NCBI GenBank assembly: GCA_016776925.1
Contig: JADHSL010000010.1
Location: 264 to 64,263, forward strand
Direction: 5' to 3'
Origin: Pirellulales bacterium
GTDB lineage: Bacteria; Planctomycetota; Planctomycetia; Pirellulales; UBA1268
DNA: 64,000 nucleotides
Positions 19,402 to 28,481 of the stretch are shown one piece after another (within the stretch, counting starts at the first letter, position 1; each line of letters starts with the position of its first letter). A model generated the notes under the pieces. It was not told the DNA's origin. It did no database searches and was given only the letters and a program-made list of their open reading frames with translations. The position numbers were made by a program, and so were the translations under genes.

Positions 19402-20310
19402 TTATACCACTCGGGCCTGTACGATCCGGGGCAGTCCTGAACTATCCTTGACTGTTGGTTTCCCGGCCAACTCTGTCGTGGCAGAAATAATTTTTTCTGC
19501 TAGCGAAACTGTTGATGGGCCCACTTCAATAAATAACCATCCTCCGGACACCAAACTGCCTGAGGCCTGCTGCACTAGACGCTGGACTATTTCACATCCT
19601 GTGACACCTCCCACCAAGGCATCTCGCGGTTCATAAAGCCGCACGTCGTCTGGCAAACCATCGAACTCATCTTCACGGACATAGGGTGGATTGCTAACAA
19701 TAATATCCCACGATCTAGACAGATCGGGATGCTCGAGCACATCTGACTTAAGAAATTTAATACGTCCATCAAGAGAGTGCTTACTCGCGTTAGCGGACGC
19801 AATATCGAGAGCCGCTTGTGAGATATCTGTGGCCGTAACGATGGCATCCGTCATGTGCGATGCAAGTGCGATCGCCAGTGCACCCGAGCCGGTGCCAACA
19901 TCAAGCACACGCATACTAGGTTTACCGCAAAACTCCTCCTTCCAGACATCAAGTACTCGAACCACAAGCCCTTCGGTTTCCGGCCTCGGAATTAAGGTAG
20001 CTGGTGTAACATCCAGTGTCATTGAGAAGAATTCTTTTTTTCCCACGAGGTAAGCCACAGGCTCGCCCTGGCCACGGCGACGCACAAGCTCTCTGAAATC
20101 TTGTCGTTGCTCCGCATCAACAATCTCATCAAACGCTGTGTAGAGAAGAATTCGTGGACAATTCCTCACAAAAGCCAGCAGCACTTCAGCATCAAGTCGC
20201 GGTGAATCACTGCCCCGTGTTCCAAGCCAGTCGGTCGTCCAGGTTAGCAGTCGACCCACAGTCCAGACATCTTCTTTATCACTATTTTTATTCGGAGAAT
20301 GATCTGCCAT
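19402..20310 (-). CDS. prmC: Release-factor glutamine N5-methyltransferase
   Basis: SAM motif VLDVGTGSGALA and substrate motif IVSNPPYV, immediately downstream of prfA. ATG 20310 (MADHSPNK) is preferred over the extended 20385 start, which overlaps prfA. Confidence 0.9.
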   Translation of the reverse strand: MADHSPNKNSDKEDVWTVGRLLTWTTDWLGTRGSDSPRLDAEVLLAFVRNCPRILLYTAFDEIVDAEQRQDFRELVRRRGQGEPVAYLVGKKEFFSMTLDVTPATLIPRPETEGLVVRVLDVWKEEFCGKPSMRVLDVGTGSGALAIALASHMTDAIVTATDISQAALDIASANASKHSLDGRIKFLKSDVLEHPDLSRSWDIIVSNPPYVREDEFDGLPDDVRLYEPRDALVGGVTGCEIVQRLVQQASGSLVSGGWLFIEVGPSTVSLAEKIISATTELAGKPTVKDSSGLPRIVQARVV

Positions 20311-20365
20311 GCGTTTAAATAGTCTTGTCACAAAGAAGAAAACCGGCCCAACAAGACTGTTCCTG

Positions 20366-21433
20366 TTAGCGAGCCACCGCACCACTCCGCCGTTCCCGAT
20401 GCACTCGCTCTGCCATTGCGTCCAACAGAAGATTCAACCGACCAGCGAGAATCTGATCGAGGTTGAAATTCTGATTCAATCTATGATCAGTCACCCGGTT
20501 TTGGGGGAAATTGTAGGTCCTTATACGTTGACTGCGGTCACCCGAACCAACCAGATCCTTGCGTTCACTCGCCCGTTTTTCATGCTCAATGTGCCGCTGC
20601 CGCTCATAGATCCGTGTCTTCAAAACCCGCAGTGCTTTCGCAAAGTTCTTGTGTTGGCTTTTTTCATCCTGACACTGCACAACGATACCCGTCTCAAGAT
20701 GTGTCAACCGCACCGCAGAGGTGGTCTTATTTACGTGCTGCCCCCCGGGGCCGCTGGCACAGAAAAGATCTTTCCGATATTCATCAGGCGAAATGGTTAC
20801 TTCGACATCTTCCGGTTCGGGCAACACTGCCACAGTCGCCGCTGATGTATGGACACGTCCCTTGGTTTCGGTGTCCGGAACACGCTGCACTCGATGGCCA
20901 CCGCTTTCGTACTGAAGGTGCCGAAATACTTCACCCCCAGACACACCGATCACAAGTTCCTTAAAACCACCGAGCTCAGTCGGGCTGGCATCCATCACTT
21001 CGACATTCCATCCTATCTCAGTTGCGTATCGTCGATACATTTCAAAGAGGTCTCGAACAAACAGGGCGGCCTCATCTCCACCCGTACCCGCTCGTAATTC
21101 AACAATGCATCGCGCGCGATCGGCGTCTGGATCATCAAGACAGACATCAAGAATGGCATCCCATTCTTCGTCCCTGCGTTTCTGAAGATTGGGCAGTTCG
21201 GTTTCCGCGAGTTGACGAAATTCGGTATCGTCTCCAGAGAGCATCTCTGTGTATTCCTCGACCTCCCGACCCATCGCAAGGAACGCCTTGTATCGACGCA
21301 CGATGCGAGTGAGCCCCCCATGCTCTCGGGCAACTGCCGACAATCGGTGCGAATCGGCGAGTACCTCCGGATCAGCTAACAGCCTTTCCAGTTCCTCAAA
21401 CCGTGCTAATTTGGCATCGAGCTCTTCCCGCAT
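20366..21433 (-). CDS. prfA: Peptide chain release factor 1
   Basis: GGQHVNKT (GGQ motif), RVPDTE (PxT tripeptide region) and [22 protein letters not shown]. The start is probably ATG 21433 (MREELDAKL), giving ~355 aa. Confidence 0.96.
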   Translation of the reverse strand: MREELDAKLARFEELERLLADPEVLADSHRLSAVAREHGGLTRIVRRYKAFLAMGREVEEYTEMLSGDDTEFRQLAETELPNLQKRRDEEWDAILDVCLDDPDADRARCIVELRAGTGGDEAALFVRDLFEMYRRYATEIGWNVEVMDASPTELGGFKELVIGVSGGEVFRHLQYESGGHRVQRVPDTETKGRVHTSAATVAVLPEPEDVEVTISPDEYRKDLFCASGPGGQHVNKTTSAVRLTHLETGIVVQCQDEKSQHKNFAKALRVLKTRIYERQRHIEHEKRASERKDLVGSGDRSQRIRTYNFPQNRVTDHRLNQNFNLDQILAGRLNLLLDAMAERVHRERRSGAVAR

Positions 21434-21560
21434 CACATCTCCAACTGCCGATAGATATGACGTCGGCCAGCATCCTTGCCACACTCGATGGAAAATCTGT
21501 TTTTGATCAGCCTCTCTTGACAGCGAGAGCCAAACAAGGTCCACACATAAAAGTGACGAC

Positions 21561-21812
21561 TCAAGATTCTTCCGAAGACTGAGCCGCTTTTTTCTTCTTC
21601 AGACTCGCATAGCCACTCGTACCAAACTTCGTTTTAAACTTTTCGATCCTGCCAGCAGTATCAACGAATTTCAATTTTCCTGTGAAGAAGGGATGGCATA
21701 CATTGCAGATATCAATTTTTATCTCAGGTACAGTACTTCGCGTTGTGAAGGTATTGCCACAACCACACTTCACTACAGATTCCTGATACTGTGGGTGAAT
21801 GGCTTCTTTCAT
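21561..21812 (-). CDS. rpmE: 50S ribosomal protein L31 (Zn-ribbon type) with Lys-rich C-terminal extension
   Basis: MKEAIHPQY...CGCG...[11 protein letters not shown]. An in-frame ATG also lies at 21821. Confidence 0.94.
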   Translation of the reverse strand: MKEAIHPQYQESVVKCGCGNTFTTRSTVPEIKIDICNVCHPFFTGKLKFVDTAGRIEKFKTKFGTSGYASLKKKKAAQSSEES

Positions 21813-21951
21813 CGTGTTCATTCTTTCGATTTATTGTGCGCGTCGAGGCATGTACTGATCACTGATTTCACGTACGTGCTCAACTTAAGATAATAACGCT
21901 GTTGATGGAACTCGGCAATTGGTCCCTCTGTTGAAAGGCCAAAACAACCCC

Positions 21952-23661
21952 TTACTCGGATGGACCCGCCTTCGTTTCGTCATCAGGTTGCCTCGTAGGG
22001 GCCTCTGGTGTGCTACCAGGGGCTACCTGCTGAGCACGAAAACGGCTCCCAAAACGCTGAGGCGAGCGATCTTCACGGAGCAGTTCAATGGCTCCTTGCG
22101 TGTCTCCGGTCTGGATCTTTGCCTCGGCAAGGTTAACCCGTGCCGCCGAGGCCCAGCGGCCATCTGGAGACGCGAGCAACGTCATTCTCCCCAGGTAATC
22201 TACCGCAATTTCATAATCACCCTCAGAAAGTGTCACAATTCCAAGCCAATAGGTGGCGTCTTCTTTCATCTGTACATAGACCCTGCGAACCGCTTCTCGT
22301 TGACCCTCCGGAACCCGGGCTACCAAATCAGCCACGGCTGCATTACTTGGTCGAGCGAGGAGATACGCCTTTTTTGCTCCATTTGGACCTTCCAACTCGC
22401 CACGGAATTCCCGAAGCCTTCCAGCGTAAAGTGGGCGAATTGTTCGTCTACCTGAAGAAAGCCCGCTTCCCTTTCGTTTTTCCTCTACCACGACTCCCAT
22501 AACCTGAAGTTCTTCAGCCAGTGCATGGGTCACTGCCATTTCTTTTGCTTGCCTCCTCCGACGCACTTCAAACGGAAACGACCACAGTGCCACCGGGGTT
22601 TCCCTCTCGCCTTGGGGGAGTGCTGCCACTGCAAACGAACCTAGAGCAGAGGCGTCGGTGGCTAACCGTACTGCTGAACCACCAAAAAGGCTCTGCTCTA
22701 AAAGGTCCATCCTTCGTGATAGCGACTGTGGATCGGCAACAACCAAGACAACAAGACTACTCATGTCGTCTGAGGCGACCGGGTAGCGGCGAGAATCATC
22801 ATCGAATTGGGTCAGAACAGCCGGATTTGCTGCAGCCTCTCGGACCGTAGCAACGCCTGGGGCACCTACGCTTGGCACTGGAATACCATACGTTGGTTCA
22901 AACAAATAGGCTTCACCGCCCGAGATAAGTGCCGGCAACCACGGACGATAACTGCCATCACGGTCAACCGTTGCCAGCATCACCCCTTGAAGCCCGGCCT
23001 GCCGAAGCAACTCAAGGAAAATCCAGCTTCTTTGGGCCGCACTTCCTCTGCCAGATAAAAGAATTTCGCCTCGTTCAAACCATCGAACTCCTGAGCTACC
23101 AGCCGTTGCCAAAAGTGGCGGGTCGCTCTGTATCGCCAGTGACCGAATTGTCCATCGGAAAAGTGACGTCGCTATATCAATGTCATCGAGTGCCTCACCT
23201 CGTGCAGTTTTTGCAATATCGGCAAGCCACCGCTGATCCCGAATGGCAACAATGTCGTAGATGGGATCAAAAACAGAACTCCCAAGCTTCTCGTCGGTGC
23301 ACATGTCCTGATAATCTTCTGGCAGAGAATCTCGAAGACTATCTTCTTTCCACTCTGCACTCGCCGCTGCATCACCAACAGGATCGGCATGTATCCATTG
23401 ATTCAGTCGATCGAATACCTGTTCTACTGCCAAGGCTTCATCATAATTCTCGAGCCTGTCGAGAATCGTTATTGCCCCTTCAAGCAGTTTGCCACGAACC
23501 TCCTCAGAAATGTGTGGGACAATGGCAACCTCCGTGGGCGGTCCGACAGGCGGCTCGGCACAGCCCCCTGAAAAAAGCAATACAAGAAGTACCAACCCGC
23601 GGCCGCAGCGTTGCAAAAACATAGTGACTCCGTGCTGAGCACGCCTCTCTCGAACTGCCAT
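21952..23661 (-). CDS. Secreted or lipoprotein with transglutaminase-like (probably inactive) core and C-terminal TPR-like repeats
   Basis: MFLQRCGRGLVLLVLLFSGGC is a signal peptide plus lipobox-like Cys. Segment GRGSAAQRSWIFLELLRQAGLQGV...PWLPALISGGEAYLFEPTYG resembles the TGase-core layout but lacks the Cys/His. The C-terminal YWLGIVTLSEGDYEIAVDYL is TPR-like. Confidence 0.4.
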   Translation of the reverse strand: MAVRERRAQHGVTMFLQRCGRGLVLLVLLFSGGCAEPPVGPPTEVAIVPHISEEVRGKLLEGAITILDRLENYDEALAVEQVFDRLNQWIHADPVGDAAASAEWKEDSLRDSLPEDYQDMCTDEKLGSSVFDPIYDIVAIRDQRWLADIAKTARGEALDDIDIATSLFRWTIRSLAIQSDPPLLATAGSSGVRWFERGEILLSGRGSAAQRSWIFLELLRQAGLQGVMLATVDRDGSYRPWLPALISGGEAYLFEPTYGIPVPSVGAPGVATVREAAANPAVLTQFDDDSRRYPVASDDMSSLVVLVVADPQSLSRRMDLLEQSLFGGSAVRLATDASALGSFAVAALPQGERETPVALWSFPFEVRRRRQAKEMAVTHALAEELQVMGVVVEEKRKGSGLSSGRRTIRPLYAGRLREFRGELEGPNGAKKAYLLARPSNAAVADLVARVPEGQREAVRRVYVQMKEDATYWLGIVTLSEGDYEIAVDYLGRMTLLASPDGRWASAARVNLAEAKIQTGDTQGAIELLREDRSPQRFGSRFRAQQVAPGSTPEAPTRQPDDETKAGPSE

Positions 23662-23731
23662 GTTGATCCGTCAAATGATTTCCTAAGGAAAGCTCGCTTT
23701 TTTTCTCCCGCCCACGTTGCATCTCAGAGAT

Positions 23732-24568
23732 CTATGCAACCATTGAGACACGAACCGCATGAATTTGCAACACCCGCTCGAGCACAGACCGGAATTCAGA
23801 CAGCGGTACCATATTTGGACCATCGCTCGGACTGGAATCAGGATCCGGATGCGTTTCAAAGAAAACGCCGTCAATACCTACCGCGGCTGCGGCACGAGCA
23901 AGTGGCTCGACCAGTGTTCGATCGCCACCGGTAGCGTCGCCATGGCTCGCCGGCTGTTGCACGGAGTGTGTGGCATCAAAAATTACCGGGACTCCAAACG
24001 ATCGCATCGTCAATAACCCGGTGAAATCATTGACTAATCTACCATACCCAAAGAATGTACCTCGCTCACACAACATGGCATTACGGCAGCCACCCGCAGC
24101 AAGTTTTGACACCGCATGCTGCATGTCTGCCGCCGCCATGAACTGTCCTTTTTTAACATTCACGGCCCGACCTGTGGCCGCTGCAGCCACGAGCAGATCC
24201 GTCTGTCGGCACAGAAAGGCTGGTATCTGAAGCATGTCACACACTTCTGCAACGGGTTCTGCTTGTTGGGGCAGATGAATATCTGTCGTCACTGGTAGGC
24301 CAGAGGCGTCTTTGACGGATCGAAGAATCTCTAGCCCGTCTTGAAGGCCAGGGCCTCGCTTTGAGGAAGCTGACGTGCGATTCGCTTTATCGAATGACGC
24401 CTTGAAAACAACATTCACCGGAAGGCTTTGGTTTATTTCGACGAGAACCTGAGCAATTTCTTGACACAGTTGTTCACTTTCGATGACACAGGGTCCAGCA
24501 ATTACGAGGAGAGGCTGGCCGGGCCCACAGCGGTACTTCCCAACCTCAACACAGGCTTCAGCGTTCAT
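23732..24568 (-). CDS. kdsA: 3-deoxy-8-phosphooctulonate synthase (KDO8P synthase)
   Basis: [38 protein letters not shown] and FDATHSVQ. Confidence 0.95.
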   Translation of the reverse strand: MNAEACVEVGKYRCGPGQPLLVIAGPCVIESEQLCQEIAQVLVEINQSLPVNVVFKASFDKANRTSASSKRGPGLQDGLEILRSVKDASGLPVTTDIHLPQQAEPVAEVCDMLQIPAFLCRQTDLLVAAAATGRAVNVKKGQFMAAADMQHAVSKLAAGGCRNAMLCERGTFFGYGRLVNDFTGLLTMRSFGVPVIFDATHSVQQPASHGDATGGDRTLVEPLARAAAAVGIDGVFFETHPDPDSSPSDGPNMVPLSEFRSVLERVLQIHAVRVSMVA

Positions 24569-25006
24569 AGATTTCTATATTTCTTGAGAAAATGTCGTTC
24601 TTCCTTGTGCCGAACCGTACCTGATAGAGGCAGTTCTCGCCCAGTCAAAAACTGAAGCAAAAAGCAACGGTCCGACGCGTTTTGCACATTGTTATCCGCC
24701 CCGCAGACAATTTTTCTCAAATTGAGACTCGTAGGGAGTCCGGTTTTTCGACTCCAAACCTCCACTCAATTTCTCAGACTATAAAGCGTTTTATCAACTT
24801 TCTACACGTCCGCTTCGTCCGTGCACAGAGGGATTCATCAGCAAAAAGTATGAGCAGGACGTTTTGGCACGCCAAATGCATCTTCTTTCTCCTGACGAGA
24901 CATTCCGAGTCTCGTCACCCACACCTTAAAAAAGTGGGGTCTCTGGCTTTTTTTGGTCGAGCGGTCGCCTTGCCCCTGACCCGCTTGACTATGGTAGGAC
25001 GCTCCT

Positions 25007-25033
25007 GCCGGGTCGAGACCCCGCTTTTTTTTT
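25007..25033 (+). terminator. Weak hairpin followed by T9, a possible intrinsic terminator of an upstream small transcript
   Basis: GCCGGG-TCGAGAC-CCCGC followed by nine T (25025-25033). The stem is short and bulged. Confidence 0.3.
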
Positions 25034-25073
25034 GCGCGGTGAGTCAAAGAAGCCCTTGTTAAAGGGCTGCCAC

Positions 25074-25103
25074 TTGACGCTCAGTTACCCTCTGCGCTAC
25101 TTT
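25074..25103 (+). promoter_or_regulatory. Putative sigma70-like promoter for tRNA-Thr
   Basis: TTGACG (25074-25079), an 18-nt spacer, then TACTTT (25098-25103), about 40 nt upstream of the tRNA 5' end. Pattern match only. Confidence 0.25.
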
Positions 25104-25144
25104 AAGGGACTCGGCGGTACGGCGTTTTCCTGCCGGATGCCCCC

Positions 25145-25218
25145 GCCAGCGTAGCTTCAATTGGCAGAGCACCGCATTCGTAATGCGGGGGTTGTGGGTT
25201 CGATTCCCACCGCTGGCT
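25145..25218 (+). tRNA. tRNA-Thr (anticodon CGU)
   Basis: Folded by hand. Acceptor GCCAGCG/CGCTGGC, D-arm GCTT-CAATTGGCA-GAGC, anticodon stem CCGCA/TGCGG with loop TTCGTAA (CGT), variable GGGTT, T-arm GTGGG-TTCGATT-CCCAC, discriminator T. CCA is not encoded. Confidence 0.93.
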
Positions 25219-25308
25219 CTCGACAATTTAGCCGCGGTCGCCTTCGGCAAATTCCTCAACTATGCTGTAGCTTGTCACGTTCTGAAGTAAAAAGGCAAAT
25301 AAAACACC

Positions 25309-26673
25309 ATGCAAAGTTCTGTAACTCCAAGTCCAACCATTATTGATGTGCGTGAACTCATTGTCGGCAGCGGACCGTTTGGGCCGAACGAAGTTCAGGC
25401 AATTGCTAACTCGCTGGGAACAACGACAGATACCCACCGAGACCTGAGACTGACTGTTCAGGAACTTCAGCAGGTCGGTGACCTGAGCCCTGCCGCATCT
25501 GTTCGCCTTGGCGTTGGCCTCTATCTGCTTGGCCGCAGCAGCGAAGCAGTGACATCCCTTAAGTCTGGCGACGGCTCTGCTCTTGCACTGTTTGCACTTG
25601 GCCTTGCACAGGCTGCGCTTGCAGCAACCGAGGCTGCATGTGCTTCCTTTGACGCGGCTCGAACAGCAGGGTATCCCGCCGGTGCGTGCCTTGCTGCAAA
25701 AGCGAATACTCTGCGTGCAGCGAATAAACTGGAAGAGGCCGACGACGCGTTGAGTAACGCGACTGATGAAGAAAGTGCATCGCCGGAATACCTCGCCGCA
25801 CAAGGTGCGATAGCGGTAGAGCGGGGCGACTCGACTACGGAGACACTCGACCTTCTTCAGAAGTCTGTTGATCGTGATAACGGCCAGCCGCTTGCACTTT
25901 TTTGCCTCGGCGTGCTCCACGACAAACTCGGTAATGACGATGAAGCAATTGATTGCTACCAACGCTCACTTCTGAGATATCCGGCGACAGTCGGAGCGCT
26001 CATGAACCTTGGTCTTCTCTATGAGGATCGGAATGACTTTTCGCAGGCTCAGCAATGTTACAGAAGAATTCTCGATGGCCTGCCGCTCGATGCACCAGGA
26101 CGGGAAGAGGCGATTTCTCGAGCGAAACTCTTTCTCAAAGACTCAGCCGCATCTGGTGATCGACAACTCGACGAGCAGGAACAGCGTCAGCGCGACCGTC
26201 TCGAGCAGGTGCTTACGCTCCCCGTAAGCGACTTTGAACTCTCCGTTCGTAGCCGCAACTGTTTGGCAAAAATGGGCATCCAGACATTAGGCGACCTCAC
26301 GCGAACCAGTGAAGGTGAAGTACTTGCCAGTAAAAACTTCGGTGAGACCAGTCTGGTTGAAATCAAGGATATTCTCGCTTCCAAAGGTCTTGTCCTCGGA
26401 CAATTCGCAGAACCGTCTATGACCGCCGAATCCTCGCCAACGTTTGATGAGCCTGTTGGTGAACAAACCGAAATCCATGGGCTTCCAGTCACTGAGCTTA
26501 ATCTTTCGGTTCGGGCGAGAAAGTGCACAACCAAACTTGGCATCATGACCATTGGTGAACTGGTTCGCAGGACTGCCGAGGACCTCATGGAGTGCAAAAA
26601 CTTTGGGGTGACAAGCTTGAACGAAGTCCGCGAAAGACTCGGCGAACGAGGGCTGAAACTCCGAGGCGAATAG
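25309..26673 (+). CDS. TPR-repeat protein with two C-terminal RNA polymerase alpha-subunit CTD (alphaCTD, HhH) domains
   Basis: Two copies match E. coli RpoA CTD (DLELTVRSANCLK...IGDL..RTE.ELL...NLGKKSL.EIKDVLASRGLSLG). They are SDFELSVRSRNCLAKMGIQTLGDLTRTSEGEVLASKNFGETSLVEIKDILASKGLVLG and TELNLSVRARKCTTKLGIMTIGELVRRTAEDLMECKNFGVTSLNEVRERLGERGLKL. The N-terminal part has TPR-like units (ALFCLGVLHDKLGNDDEAIDCYQRSL, ALMNLGLLYEDRNDFSQAQQCYRRIL). Confidence 0.85.
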   Translation: MQSSVTPSPTIIDVRELIVGSGPFGPNEVQAIANSLGTTTDTHRDLRLTVQELQQVGDLSPAASVRLGVGLYLLGRSSEAVTSLKSGDGSALALFALGLAQAALAATEAACASFDAARTAGYPAGACLAAKANTLRAANKLEEADDALSNATDEESASPEYLAAQGAIAVERGDSTTETLDLLQKSVDRDNGQPLALFCLGVLHDKLGNDDEAIDCYQRSLLRYPATVGALMNLGLLYEDRNDFSQAQQCYRRILDGLPLDAPGREEAISRAKLFLKDSAASGDRQLDEQEQRQRDRLEQVLTLPVSDFELSVRSRNCLAKMGIQTLGDLTRTSEGEVLASKNFGETSLVEIKDILASKGLVLGQFAEPSMTAESSPTFDEPVGEQTEIHGLPVTELNLSVRARKCTTKLGIMTIGELVRRTAEDLMECKNFGVTSLNEVRERLGERGLKLRGE

Positions 26674-26896
26674 CGGCTGCACAAAACGTGTCACGTTGCA
26701 ATCAATGCATGGCCGTTTTCCGGTATTCCTTCCTAGTAAATGCCCGAAAAGCTGCAAATATTGATGGTTTTTGCTCATTTTTGCCCAAAATTTGAGTCGT
26801 TTTCCAAGAATCGGTAGTGTGGTTTCAGGGACGCAATCCCTGCACAACGTTGGCACTGGCCAACGCGATACCGTAAAAAAGCCTCAGAGAACTCAG

Positions 26897-28108
26897 ATGA
26901 CAGCCGCCAGCCTTAAGGAAAAGCGCGTTCGTGATCTTGCGCGGATGGCAAAACAGTCTGGTGTTCGTGGTTGGCACGCCATGAGAAAAGACGAACTCAT
27001 CAACGCACTTGTCCGGCGAGCGACGTCAGCCCAATCACTTCATAGTTCTGACGAACCACGTGACATAAGAAACTCTAACGAAGGTCGTCAGACTTCTTCT
27101 ACAGGTGAAAAAAAACGAAGGATCACCGAACGGAATGAATCTAGTGTAACCCGGGAGAAGACTCCTCCAACGAGCTCACAGAAAAACCCTGTGACGGTAG
27201 AACGTGGGGCGGTGATAAAACGCATCCAAGAGGTGCAGGCCCAACGATCCCGTGAGAAAAGCCTTGTTACTCAACCAGAGCCGAGCCAGAAGCGGATCGC
27301 AAAACGCAACCGTGCCGTCCTTATGGTTCGTGGACCTCACTGGCTCCATGCATTCTGGGAAGTCACGAGTCACAGTGTCCAACGAGTCAAAGCCAGCATG
27401 GGAGCCGAGTGGCATACAGCAAGACCAGTTCTTCGAGTGCTAGAGACTAGTGGTGAAAAAGGTGAGACCCCGGCAGAACGCATTTGTCGAGAAATTGAAA
27501 TTCATGGTGGCGTAAAAAACTGGTTTATTGATGTCCGTAAGCCGATGTCTTGTCGGATAGAAATTGGCTACAAAACGCCGAGCGGTGATTTCTACAAGTT
27601 ATGTCGGAGCAACCGAGTTTCCGGTGCGGCAGTCGGTCGTGGCGACTCTCTCGACGTTCACTGGAAAGATATTGAATCAGACTGTTCTAAAATCTATTCA
27701 CTCAGTGGCGGCTACTCAACTGACAGTGAGTCCGAAGAGCTCAGGGAACTTTTTCAGGAACGGCTACGAAGGCCCTTGGGCCCACCAAAGGTCAGGCCTA
27801 CGGCGCACGGTCACAGTGATCCCGACGTTCAGAAAAAAGGATTTCAGCTGGATGTTGATGCCGAACTGGTGGTGTTTGGGTCAACAGAAAAAGGTGGCTG
27901 TCTCTCCATTCAAGGCGAGCCAATCGATGTCGCGAACGACGGCAGTTTTCACATTCGTATAGAGATGCCTAATCGGCGGCAGGTTATTCCCATTCACGGG
28001 CAGTCCGCATCTGGTCTCGAACAACAGACCGTTGTGCTCGCTGTAGAGCGAAACACCAGACTGATGGAACCAGTCTCAACCAGTGAAGCGGACGAGACCG
28101 AACGCTGA
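26897..28108 (+). CDS. Rho_N/SAP-like N-terminal domain protein with DUF4912-like C-terminal region
   Basis: MTAASLKEKRVRDLARMAKQSGVRGWHAMRKDELINALV resembles the Rho termination factor N-terminal helical domain. A basic linker follows. VLMVRGPHWLHAFWEVT resembles the start of the DUF4912 family, recalled from memory. The track ORF starts further upstream at 26771. Confidence 0.55.
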   Translation: MTAASLKEKRVRDLARMAKQSGVRGWHAMRKDELINALVRRATSAQSLHSSDEPRDIRNSNEGRQTSSTGEKKRRITERNESSVTREKTPPTSSQKNPVTVERGAVIKRIQEVQAQRSREKSLVTQPEPSQKRIAKRNRAVLMVRGPHWLHAFWEVTSHSVQRVKASMGAEWHTARPVLRVLETSGEKGETPAERICREIEIHGGVKNWFIDVRKPMSCRIEIGYKTPSGDFYKLCRSNRVSGAAVGRGDSLDVHWKDIESDCSKIYSLSGGYSTDSESEELRELFQERLRRPLGPPKVRPTAHGHSDPDVQKKGFQLDVDAELVVFGSTEKGGCLSIQGEPIDVANDGSFHIRIEMPNRRQVIPIHGQSASGLEQQTVVLAVERNTRLMEPVSTSEADETER

Positions 28109-28481
28109 GTTACACCTTTTCCGTGTCGCGAACGTATGGAAATTGGCACCCCGCTATCCTTTAAGCCCGATACAGGTATGATAGGAGTACTGGAAGAATG
28201 CCATACGTCCCCGCCGTCGAGAGTGTGGGGCGGTAAGTTTTCTGCCATGCCCGTGTTGTGTCGAACCATGCCGGTGAGCTCTTAATGAGGCTCGTTGGGT
28301 GCCAAACATGGCTCCGGTCGTTTGCTGTGCCGAGACGATGAATGTTTTTCTCGTATTCGGATGCGTACCCCGGGTTGCTGAGGCACCCTCCTTTTAATTT
28401 GGCGAGCTCTCCGCATTCCGCGGCACCACGACATGAAGGTGGTTTTCTTATCGCCCCGTGCCCTCGCGAGGGTGACGGGAT

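Noticed and set aside
20366-21544. Programmed frameshift in the release factor gene
   Set aside because: The gene is prfA (RF1, with the PxT region and an uninterrupted frame). The +1 frameshift is a feature of prfB only.
24682-25062. 126-aa plus-strand ORF in the kdsA/tRNA intergenic region
   Set aside because: It starts at a non-ATG codon, has an odd composition, and spans hairpins and T-tracts. It is more consistent with non-coding RNA or a regulatory region.
25145-25218. tRNA-Thr as a possible integration site of a genomic island
   Set aside because: No integrase, transposase or phage genes lie on either side. I did not notice a duplicated copy of the tRNA 3' end, though this was not searched exhaustively.
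25228-25962. 244-aa Cys/Arg-rich minus-strand ORF overlapping the tRNA flank and the TPR/alphaCTD gene
   Set aside because: It is antisense to a gene with very strong alphaCTD homology, and its composition is non-protein-like.
28109-28481. Possible RNase P RNA or tmRNA
   Set aside because: The motif resemblances are split between strands. There is no GGAAAGTCC (CR-I), no partner able to form P4 with CGGGCTTAA, and no tRNA-like 3' end. It is kept only as an unclassified structured gap.
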